Origin: Rotaria socialis | Taxonomy: Eukaryota | DNA: 64,000 nucleotides | Reading direction: 5' to 3' | NCBI GenBank assembly: GCA_905331295.1 | Contig: CAJNYD010000369.1 | Coordinates: 62,001 to 126,000 of the forward strand | Shown here: positions 52,949 through 64,000 of the stretch, piece after piece | How the letters are laid out: every line of letters starts with the position of its first letter | Numbering within the stretch: position 1 is the stretch's first letter | The notes under the pieces: generated by a model | The model's input: only the letters and a program-made list of their open reading frames with translations | Databases searched by the model: none | What the model was told of the DNA's origin: nothing | Translations under genes and position numbers: made by a program

Positions 52949-55900
52949 ATACAAGCATAGTTTAAGAAATCTAAAAATATACAGTATGTTTTAAATTAAT
53001 TTTTCCGGATTTTTTTTGTATTGTTTTTCATCTGTTTTAAAAATGATAGTTATAATTTTTGTTAATGTAAAGTGATTTCGAATTTATTAATATTCCAATG
53101 AAATGATCTAGAAAGATAAAAGAATGCAACCTAATACTTATAAGCAGCCTTGATCGTTATATGAGTAGTTGTTATTGATAAGAAACCAAACATACGAGTG
53201 CTACGCATTAAAAACAAAACGAAGACATCTGAATGAAAATATTTTCAATAATAAAAAACTGCATCCGACTCGTTAAATGTGTAATTTGTTGTAATTTTGA
53301 GTTTCATTTAGGAGATAAATTTCAATTATATCTGTAGATTTTGCTTAATGGTCAAGCATACGGGTGAAGGCTTCTAGCAAGCAACATGTTTCTCTTAGCA
53401 GCTGTTAAGAACATCTTACTCATATTTATTGAAATTTCTCTATATGCTACTAGATATTTGAGATGCATTTCATACGATTTCTTAGTACGTACAAGGTTTT
53501 GATGTGATAAAATATCATCATCATCAATACATTCTCGTAGCCTTCGTATATCAGTTTTGCTCTTGGAACTTCTGACAGATGATCAATCATTACGAATGGT
53601 AGAATACGCCTTCTTTAATTTGATCTTCCTATCCTAGACAATTGAGTTACGAGAATGTAAATGATTCGACTTTGAGGTAAAAATAGATAATGCAAACTGT
53701 TACAATTTCAATAATCATCATGCGAAAATCCAATGAAACACTCGTAAATCATTTTTCTACTAATCATGATGAATCAAATGGTATTTGTCTCAAGAGATAA
53801 TTCATTAGTCATCTCAGAATGCATCCTAGTTTATCTAAAACCAAACATTTATATTATAATCTTGATTTGTTGAATTCTAATACTATTTTATGGATGTCAT
53901 ATACAGCATATATAGAATTTTTCGAAACAAGTATTGTTTCTGTACGAGGTGCTTGAGTGAAATTCCGTTTTTTTTTTATTGCTTCACATAGTCTCAAAAC
54001 TACAATTTTCCACTTGAAGGTTTTCATTTTTCAAACAAGAAGTTCAAACTTTCAATAAACAAATAAAAGAAGTCTTTTAGTATGAAGTACGCAAACGATT
54101 TGGAATTTTTACGATTTTCTTTTTGTTATTTCATAAAGCAAATTTTTTGAAGCTGTTTTTTTTTGTTTCATATTATTTTTTTGCATGAGCTCTTTTTCGA
54201 GTGTCGTTCACTCTGTGTCCAATGTTATTCAAATATTTCTCTTACTCGTTAAAAATGAAGTGTTTGCTTTATTGGTTTTATTTAAGGCATGATAGATTTT
54301 CCCCAATGATTAAAATAAATAATTAATCCTACGAACTCTTGTTATTGCACTTGTGAAATGAAACTCTATTTTTCTTTCTTAACGGCAAAGAAGAACTCTC
54401 TAGGCTACTATGAAATAAAAAGTAAATCATACATATATCGAGTGAAAACAAAACAAAAAAGATTCTTTAGGCTTTCGATTTTGAATAGAAACATTGAATT
54501 CATATGATTATATGCCGATATGTATTCGAGGTTATGCAATGCCCATTTAATACAAGTAATACTTGAATATGAAATACAATAAAAAAAAGTGCACTTGAAT
54601 CTGAGGACGATCATTGCGATCGCCGGAAGTGGTATCTTTACCAGTGTGTTACTACATCAAGTATCACAGTATTTCACCTTAACTCGCCATTGTGTTCTAT
54701 CAACTATGATTCTTTTCTCACAAAATGTTCAATGATTTACATCTATCTACTTCTAACGTGTTCAAGGATAATTGATTTTAATAGCTGCATTGTCCCGGCT
54801 CTCTCACTATTTCTTTTTTTAATATTGCCGATGTTGCCTTATTCAGCTTGGCACATTGAAACAGATTAATATTTAAAAAAAGATGATAAAATATTGACGT
54901 TACAGTTTTTTTTATTAACTCTCTCCTACCGATAGATTCAGTAGGAATTTTGATGATAAAATATTTTCTACAATTATTTATACATTACGCGATATAGAAA
55001 AAGAAATGAGAATCATCAATCAAATGTTTATTGATTTGCGTATAAAAAAGGTCGTTATCTTTTAGTTATTCTGCTTCTTCACTGTTCTATGTGTTTATCA
55101 TTAAATGAAGCCAAATATCATATATTAAATAAGCATTTTATTATTCACCATGCAAAACAAAATGCATAGAGATTATAGTTACACCTACCTATTGACATAA
55201 ATGAGGCATAGTGCATAATAAAACATTCGATTATTTTACAAATAAAACCTTTAGCTACAAATATGAACAGTAAATGTTTTAATACTAAGGTAGAAAACAT
55301 TTGTCCGTATTGCGATAATTGTGCTATTACCCCCATGGGTAACATATCTATAAAGGCTTCCTATTGCGATTAGACCAAAGTTATCCCTGAAAAACTTTCA
55401 AGTGCAATATTATATTGTCTTCTTTCATGTTATTTTTTGTATGTATCAGTATTCAAGTGCTTTTTCTATTGAATAGTAAGCATACAAACTCTAGTATAAA
55501 ATCTTACAATTATTTAAAAATAATGTTAGTTCCTTGGAAATCAACATCAGTATGAGACTTTTGGCCAACTCTGTATACTTCTATTTACAAAACGAAAATA
55601 GTTGGCGTTAGAATTCACTTTTTATTTCATTGTAGAACTTCAGATGAATATAACATTCCACTCGATTGAAATTTCTTTATACAAAAGACACAACCATGAA
55701 CCAGATGCTGGCAACAACTGTTGCCACTGCCGTATGTTTCATTTTATTCATGAAAGTTATTAATTAGGATTTTCTTTGAATATTTACAAAATAGAAACGA
55801 TCATTTATTTTGCATATTCAACCAACTGGAAGAATAATTCTACATGTTCCTTGAACCTTCATAGCAAATATTCTGTTTAGTTTTTTAATATGTATATTTC

Positions 55901-56561
55901 ATAACATATACCATTGATAAGAAATTCTTGGTATGTGAATATTTTTTCTTCATTATTTATTTAACTTTGACTAAACAAACAAAAGATATCTCGATGTAGT
56001 TAGCCTTCTAATGAAGATAATAATGATGCTTATTGATACGACTACATATAGTCCATTAGTTTATCGATAAGCTATACCATTATTTGGAACACATTTTTAC
56101 ATTCGAGTTAAAGAAATAACAATGCCTATTGATGATTTTTTTAAGTAGGAAAATTTATAGTTACTAATTGAACAATATAAGCAAAGATAGAAGCTTGAAA
56201 CATAAATTTTCTTTTTCATGAAAAGAATGAACTCATACATTTTTTAACATTGAATGTTTCAAGCGAGTATTTAATTATCGGTTGAAAAACAAAATCGATC
56301 ATCATGTGTGATTTCCTATGTTTAACGCATATCACTTATTTTCTCGTTTGTAGAAAAGATAATTTATAAACGATCTATTTCTGTTCATTGTGATAGTTGA
56401 TGATATTTTCAATGGCTGACTTATTATCAAATACATTAGTCCGATATTCTGAAATCATTATTGTTACGTAGGAGTAACTCATCTTACACGTTCAAAGAAA
56501 AATAGAACAAACGTTTAGACATGACAGACCTAACTAGATTTCATATAACAGAAATACGCAT

Positions 56562-56760
56562 TTAATATTGAACTATGAAAGAAAAACTCTATTTCTAACA
56601 AACGATCTATCCATCAATCAATCATCGATGAGAACGATGACATTGAGTGGTTTCCACATAAGATGACCCATTAGCCTCATATGTTCGATTGACATTTTTT
56701 CAGAGTATGACATAATATGTATAGTTGTTTGAGTTCTTTTTCTTCTTATATGCATCGATA
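56562..56760 (+). repeat. Diverged non-coding direct repeat, copy 1 (copy 2 at ~58593-58830)
   Basis: Shared collinear blocks TAATATTGAACTA, CAATCAATCAT, AACGATGACATTGAG, GACCCATTAG, TATGACATAAT, TAGTTG.TTGAG. Confidence 0.75.
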
Positions 56761-58592
56761 GATCAATGTCTGTATTCATTACGTTAATCGGAGGTATCTT
56801 TAGTTTTCTTTTAAAGTAGCGTATTAGAGAGAAATGGCATAAGTCACTTAATTATAATTGCGTAATAATTTATAGATTAACTCGAAGTCGAAAATTTTCA
56901 ACTAATATTCTAGAAATTTATACTACTGATAGCTAGCTTTGAGTGTAACACTTCAATGATTTCATGTTTTCATAGATATGACTTGATTGATGTGCTTTGC
57001 ATATTATTTTCTTTGACATTGTATTAAGTATTATAAACATTGAATAAAAAAAAAGAAGAACTACTGATGCTTATAAAGTTTCCTTTTGAATCCGTTTAAA
57101 TGTTTTATAAGTATATGAAGGAAAAGATAATCATAAGCAATTATATAAGAAATCGGCATTTCTTCATTTGTAAAAGGCTGTATTAACATTAGAAATAAGT
57201 TAGCAGAGTACATGTGACATTTTGCTCGTTACGTTATGTGATCAATTTATAAAGCAAAGGATTACAAGGAAATAAAACTTCAAAAAGAAAAATTTTATCC
57301 TTGTTACACCGATAGCAGATTAGATCGAATGATAAAATATATGGTGTAAATTGAACCTAATGTTAAAAGTATTTTCACTCTCCATTATAAAAAGATTGTC
57401 AAAAATGAATAACGAATAATGCTTATACGATGAATATAGATGTATTGAAGATAAACTATGCCTATACTTTTGATTGCCAGTGTCGATGATAAGTTCGAGG
57501 ACATGAACATAGGACCTCATATGGTGAACATCAGTAACTAATATACACAGCCTCATTCAATCGATGACAGAACGAGAGGGATGAAAAAATCATCGATCGC
57601 TCAATTATTAGCTTTCTATATGAAGAATAAACTATATATACATATATATATATAACATACAAGATATCACTATTTACTTGATCATCGTTAATTATTTCCT
57701 CATATATATTCTATTCTATTTTATATAACATAGATTTCATAATAGGTTTTATAATGTAAACATCTTATGATTTTGATTCAATATTAGCATTTGTCTCTCA
57801 TCATTATCAAAATAAATATCATGATTTTTATTTTCTTATTTACTTGTTAGTACAATTATTGAAGTATGCATGTGTGTGTGTCCATTAAATAAAGATTTTT
57901 CCCAGATTGAAATTCGATGTGATCTTTCTCTCGACAAGAATCAATATTTGACATTTTCAATAGGACATGAATACAATGCAATGGTTGTAATACTATTCTC
58001 TCGGCTCATGCTGTTTATCAAGAGATAGTTGAGAATATCCGTTGAGTAGTAAATATGATCACCTCAATGTACTATTTATTATTCTCAGTAGTGTGCTTCA
58101 AAGAATACTACGAGCTTAAATTTGTCGTTATTCTTGTCTGATACGTAGTGCTTCATATATACTTAGTCGTTATTATTCAAAAGATTTATAATAAGAGAAT
58201 TTTATTAATTATCTAGTCCGTTCAGTTTTATATATAATGATGTTCTCTCTTGTCGATTCATTATTGGACACATGCTGATCTGGTGCCCTGTGGTCATTAT
58301 TAGTAAGCAAAATCAACTATTCTTATGCATATGATTATAGAACAATGCATTTTTCACTTTGCAAAGCAATTCAAATCGATTGAATTGGTGATCTATGCTC
58401 TCCAGAAGAAAAAGAAGCGAAAAAAAATATATATCATTCTATATCACCTCAGAATACCTTTGAGTTATAGCAAACTATTGCTTATAAATGACAGCAGAAA
58501 AAAAAACACATTAATTGGAACAAGTGAGACTAGAAGTCGTTTAGACGCATACCATTTAATTATAGTCCATTGAATGTAAATGTACATATAAT

Positions 58593-58830
58593 AATATTGA
58601 ACTACGAAATAGAGTGAGAGAGGAGAGAGACTCTTGTTTCAATGAATGATCGATGGATGAATCAATCAATCATTGATCGATGATGAAAACGATGACATTG
58701 AGCGACTTGCACAGTACGACCCATTAGTCTCGTATGCCGGCTGATGTTCGTTCATATTATGACATAATGTGTAGTTGATTGAGCTTTTTTTCTCTTTTTC
58801 TTACTGCGTATGTTGCATATATTCATAGAT
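58593..58830 (+). repeat. Diverged non-coding direct repeat, copy 2
   Basis: Collinear with 56562-56760. Confidence 0.75.
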
Positions 58831-59589
58831 GGTAAAAATGACTGAGCAGTTTGAGTCGTGCATACGTGCATGCATTTGACACGCCGATGCTCCAAGGTCT
58901 GTTTATCGTATGTGCAATCAATTTCAGTATGATGATGAGAATAGCAGCAGTAGTATCGGGGCTAGATTAACACATCTCACGTTTTCTCATGTTCGGTTCT
59001 ATCTTGCAGCAGTTGTTTGTTTTATCGTATCGGACGATTACGTTCTCCCTCACCCTCCCTCCCCCTCTCTCTCACTCTTTTTCAGTACTGATAATAAACT
59101 GTTCAACCTAGCTTCTTTTCTCTTTTCTATACTCCATTACATCATGCTTGTTTGCACCTCTCTCTCTCTCTCTCTCTTGTTCTTTTTCTCTATAGTGAGA
59201 CAAAATGATTTCCACGAGAGTAGTAACTCATTCTCAGTACATATAACCCTTCACTGTATATCGATTACGGATAAATGAGAACAAAAGAGAAAAACTTTCT
59301 ATTCTTATTACTTCGAGATAATTGTTGATCTTTCAACAAAAATCTTTGACAGGCATGATCAATGCCGTTAGATATCCGTATTGATATTGTATGTATGTAT
59401 GTAGGCATACGCACCTTTATATACATAATATATAGATAGATGAATAGATATATGAATATGCTGTTTCTTTAAACGTTAATAATCCTTGACATTTCAGTGG
59501 ACACACGCACACACACACGCACAAACACGCGTACACACATATAAAGCTCATAAATAGGTGTCAAAAAGTAGATAAAGACCAAGTCCAAC

Positions 59590-60480
59590 TCACACATCAG
59601 TTGCTGCTGCACTTTCAGCTGTTGACTCAGCAGCACTTGTTTTTAGATTGTCATAAGCTTCATCGCTTGGAAATCGTTCATGTTTTTGTTTTTGTTTTTC
59701 ATGATGGCCAAAAAATTTTTGTTTCCTAAGGAATTTAATACGTTTGTGTAGAAAGAAACCAATAAGTATTAATACAGTAATAATCAAAGTAAACACTATA
59801 AGTATAATTACAGTTCGAAGTATTTCGTTAAATAATGAACGTTCTTGTTGAATAATAATTGGCTTTTCACCATTGATTAATGGTAATCGTTTACCATCAA
59901 GATATTGTTTGAGTATAAATTCTTTCCATGCACGATCATCATCTAGTATATCTGGTACTATAGGGTCTGTTTCATTTAAAAGATCTGGTGGCGATTCAAT
60001 ATTGATTTTTGCTGAAAAAACGACTACATTTTCATTATTATCTTGCCTAGTATTATCAATTTTCTCATTATTGTACCGATTGAAAGAATTGGATGATAAT
60101 TCGGGCTCATGTAAAATACAATCATAATCGACAATTAAATGTTGAGCATAAGTTGTACTTGTGGTTAATGATGTACATGATGACGAATCCATAGGAATAC
60201 ATCTAATCGATATTGAACAAGTACGGTGATTATTACAACCAAGATAATGTTTGTTGAGGCGTCGTTGACATGCACTAGGTGCACAACCGCTACCCGTATA
60301 AAAAATAACCGTACGTAATTTAATAACAAAATTTAAAGGACACGATAAAAGACGAACACTAGCTGTTGTATTGGATGCCTTTTCATTTGCACAACAAGTT
60401 TCAAACTTATATGTCCAAGATGGTAAAATAAGAGGGATAATAAGAAATAACAAAGAAAAAAGAACTCGATTTGTAATCAT
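59590..60480 (-). CDS. Single-pass membrane protein with signal peptide, SUEL-type (galactose/rhamnose-binding) lectin-like domain and C-terminal PDZ-type motif
   Basis: MITNRVLFSLLFLIIPLILPSW signal; LSCPLNFVIKL...CNNHRTCSI...C....HLIVDYDC SUEL cysteine pattern; TM VIILIVFTLIITVLILIGFFL; ends ATDV*. Confidence 0.75.
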   Translation of the reverse strand: MITNRVLFSLLFLIIPLILPSWTYKFETCCANEKASNTTASVRLLSCPLNFVIKLRTVIFYTGSGCAPSACQRRLNKHYLGCNNHRTCSISIRCIPMDSSSCTSLTTSTTYAQHLIVDYDCILHEPELSSNSFNRYNNEKIDNTRQDNNENVVVFSAKINIESPPDLLNETDPIVPDILDDDRAWKEFILKQYLDGKRLPLINGEKPIIIQQERSLFNEILRTVIILIVFTLIITVLILIGFFLHKRIKFLRKQKFFGHHEKQKQKHERFPSDEAYDNLKTSAAESTAESAAATDV

Positions 60481-60925
60481 ATTGTTTCGAAGAAATGTCT
60501 TTGAAGAAAAATAATCAACATCTAAAAAGCAAAAGAATATAAGCATCTTGTTCTAATTAGATAAGCTTTTCCTATATCAACATATATTTACACATAAATA
60601 GTAATGAAACAAACGGGTAAAAAAGCTAAGAAATTGTCTCTTAGATGATTGCTCAATATATATTTTGTAATACATACGTGCTATTGTAGGAATCTGTGAG
60701 ACTTTTTCAGTGCCTATATTCTTATACCTTCTTTTCTCTCTACTATATGTATACACATATTTATTTGAATTCGTTCGAGTGTCTATGTTGCACGAGTGTC
60801 TGCATAATTCTCTTGCATTTCATGAACTGAACAGTTGATGAGGATCAGCACTCTCTTCGCTCTTGTCATGAACTGTAGCAAACACAATTGCATTTTTTTT
60901 TCTCTCGCTCTCCTACTCTTCCCTT

Positions 60926-60978
60926 TTCTCTCTTCTCCTCTCCTCTCCTCTCCTCTCCTCTCCTCTTCTCTTCTCTCT
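60926..60978. repeat. Pyrimidine pentanucleotide repeat (CTCCT/CTCTT)n
   Basis: Directly visible. Confidence 0.85.
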
Positions 60979-61308
60979 TTGGCTCTTTTGGTACTGCATG
61001 TATATTGTAATAACAACAATACCAGTAGCAGTGCGTCCTGAGATTAAACGATCTCTTTTTCTTTTAAAGAACACATATACGTATTCTTCTCTCGTTTTTT
61101 CCTACTATGTGAGTCAGTGATAGGTATATACATACATACATATATACATATACCATTAGTGATGGAGCTCCCTGCCTTTCTTCTATGCACATTACGGTTA
61201 TGCGTCTGACAAGGCTTTACGTTTACACAATATAGAGCACTTTGCTGATGGGCGTTCAAGGTCAGGGTCATGAACACGTTTGTCTTCACCAAAAATCGAT
61301 TATTTGCC

Positions 61309-61339
<31 letters not shown>

Positions 61340-62130
61340 GTATATGTATATTGAAAGAAAGAAAAAAAGCAAGGCTCAATCATCTCATCGTCACTCGACG
61401 AAATGTCGATTCACGTGGGAAAGAATTGATTGTTCTTTTCTAAATGTATATGAATATGTTCATATGATACACTCGAGTTGCGTCAAATAGAAGAGTGACA
61501 AGCACATGCATGTTCACTAACAAGCATTCTATAGTTGTAACAAGCGATCATATCATCATCGTGACAATTCTCTGTTGTATTATGAACAAATTACGTCAGT
61601 TCTGTTTCTCTAACTAGTTATTTTTGCATTTTCTTGCTTAGATCAACAACAAAAGAGACATAATCATTATTGAATGTACAATATTACAAGAGCAACAGTA
61701 GCAACCTTTTCCTTTGCTCCCTCCTCTTGAACGGTTCCTTTCATGACTTAATGATACTAATATATGGACGCCAGATAATCTATAATCGCATCATCATGCT
61801 CAAATTGAATCGGAATAGAATATTCTAATCCTTTTGGATCGTATTAGTACAGGAAGTTACTGCTTGTTACATCATTTCTGTTACTGATGAATTTAGGTAG
61901 AGATTTCGTTTAGGCCTATTTTATTGAATAACATTAGACTACATCATTGTTATATTGACCAAAGAACGGCAAAAAAAAAATATATATATATATAAAGGTT
62001 GCCAAAACACGTTTTTTTCTTCTTGTTTATCAACCAATTTTAATACCGATGTTTTGATTGTTGTCAAATTACTAAAATAAAAACAGAAAAAGGTGTCGTG
62101 TCATAAGTTGTTTTTCTTCTTCGTTAAATT

Positions 62131-63964
62131 ATGGTATCGATTCGTCTAAAAGTTCAAGTTGGTGATAGTAAATCAAATAATAATTCTTACCGGCAATCAG
62201 TACCACCACCACCACCGCTGAAATTTGTTTTCCATTTTGTTATTTCACCATCTAATACAATTGCAGATCTTATATATTTGCTTGAAAGGCATATCACTGA
62301 AAAATATTCATATAAAAATGTAAAAATCATCCAACTCATGACTGATGATGGTTATTTACTATCGAACGATGATTCTTGTTTGGGTCTACTAGAAGATAAT
62401 GATCGATTAATTTGTTATGATATGAATAAATTTATAGAAGATAATTATTTGACGTTAGATCTTGAAAATTTATGGCTGGAAATAAAACAACATGATGCAA
62501 GTGATAATTTTGAAAAATCTATTCAAGTCGGTTTGAATAATTTGGGAAAATTATTTATACGAATATATGGAACATCAACTATCCGTGGACTTTATATGTT
62601 TAGTATATATGAATTAATAAAAATCGCTAATAGAAAGGAACAAAGTAATTATAACAAAATCAAATATTATAAATTTAAAACGAATATTTATTATTCGTTT
62701 TGTTTTAGATAATAGTATTGCTCGATTGAATGATAAGAATTGGTTTATTGAAGCAAAATGGGAATATGATTCTATTTCAGAAGCATCATTATTTCTTCTA
62801 TGCAATTTCAAAATCGGTTCAAATGAACACATTTGGTCTAATAAATTACATCTTTTACTAGATGAGCCACGCATGTGTATAGAAAGAGGTGAAATAATTT
62901 GTTTATCAGATCAAAAAACTCAAGATGATAATTTAAGTGATCAACAACTAGAACATTTAAAAGAACTTACTTCAAAAATTCAATTAACAAAACGGATTGG
63001 CCCAGAAATAGATATCGATCGCGATAGAAACAAAACGATAACTAAGCATGATTGCGAGGGCGATTCATTAGTTCGAATGGCTTATGGCAGTACAAATACA
63101 GTAACATCATATCAAGATTTACGTGTGTCAGACGATGGAACGTTTCTTCAACATTTTGTGATCACACATATTAATTTTTCTAAGAAACTAACTGATGCAT
63201 CAGATGTTTTGCTTCAAGAACATTTGGCGTCTATCGATAAACCTATTTCCGTTGTAAAGTTAACTGTGTTTTATCATGCCGATAATGGGTCATGGTATGA
63301 ATGTGAAGATATAGATATTGCACCAATCACACTACGCAATCAAGAGCCAATGTGGTTAGCTGATTCACTGATTAATATTGAACCAGATAAATTAGTATCG
63401 TTTGTTATCAAAGGATATTTACGTGTTAAAGGCAAACCTGGGCGAGATAATGCAACGAGAAAACGAATTCACAAAAATTTATCACAACCATTTCAACTTA
63501 AAATCGTTATAACAGATAATTTTCATAAGCAATGTTCATTAATTGTTGAACAATTAAATAAGCCTCTAGAATATGATACATCGGAATCGTTTGTTAAATA
63601 TAATCAATCGTCGATTAATAATTTACTAGCTTTCGTTTATGCTGATGATTGTAATGATGATGAACGAGTGTTTATGGCTATTTATATAGATAAAGAACAG
63701 CAACTTGTGATTAAATCTGGTCATTCGTATTCAATAACGCTTGGCCGAAAAAATATTCGTACTATGGAGTTTGAAGCAAAACAAAATCAAACAACAGAAG
63801 TATCGTTTGATTCAATTTATTATCAATATGATAAACAGGAAAAAAAAGCAACAGCTTTATTTGATTCAGAATATTTTATTTTCTATGCGATTCGATTAGA
63901 AATATCAACAAGTACATCAACAACTGAAGAAACTGTACTCTTACCATTAGAAACAATCAAATAA
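62131..63964 (+). CDS. Uncharacterised ~590 aa protein with ubiquitin-like/coilin-N-like N-terminus; intron 62645-62708
   Basis: Two long ORFs joined in frame by a 64-nt GT-AG intron; TIADLIYLL...L.TDDGYLL...LLEDNDRL fits a beta-grasp pattern. Confidence 0.75.
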
Positions 63965-64000
63965 TAAAATAATTTTGAAGGGGAGTGCCTCTAAAAAACA

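Noticed and set aside
54343..54354. TATTGCACTTGT matches the first 12 nt of miR-92
   Set aside because: The rest of the mature sequence does not match and no complementary hairpin arm is visible.
55545..55577. GAGACTTTTGGCCAACTCTGTA resembles a Tc1-like TIR end
   Set aside because: No matching opposite TIR located; at most a solo fragment.
1..64000. CRISPR arrays, rRNA/tRNA genes, telomeric repeats, autonomous transposase or reverse transcriptase ORFs
   Set aside because: None recognised on reading; a tRNAscan/Infernal run would be needed to exclude small RNAs.

Overview
AT-rich eukaryotic genomic DNA with many short (~50-65 nt) GT-AG introns and the standard genetic code. Intron size, gene families and a bacterial-type gene suggest a bdelloid rotifer (Adineta/Rotaria-like); this is inference, not a database result. 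About 15 protein-coding genes can be modelled by eye: the 5' end of an unknown gene, a Ser/Thr-rich protein with an RVxF motif, a small protein with a CxC..CxxC tail, an orphan class-A GPCR, XRRA1 head-to-head with SMG6/EST1A, an RPGR-like RCC1 protein ending in CaaX, a class I SAM methyltransferase, a protein with a dsRBD-like C-terminus, two CAP/GAPR-1-like paralogs, an intronless L-rhamnose mutarotase (horizontal transfer candidate), two tandem GNAT paralogs, a SUEL-lectin membrane protein and an uncharacterised ~590 aa protein. Non-coding features include a GPCR pseudogene truncated by a cluster of four MITEs, two long-TIR MITEs, two Helentron/HINE-like copies (one nested in an old ~2 kb inverted-repeat element) and a diverged non-coding duplication. 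No rRNA, tRNA or CRISPR array was seen. No clearly new multi-gene system is demonstrable; the best leads are listed as findings.
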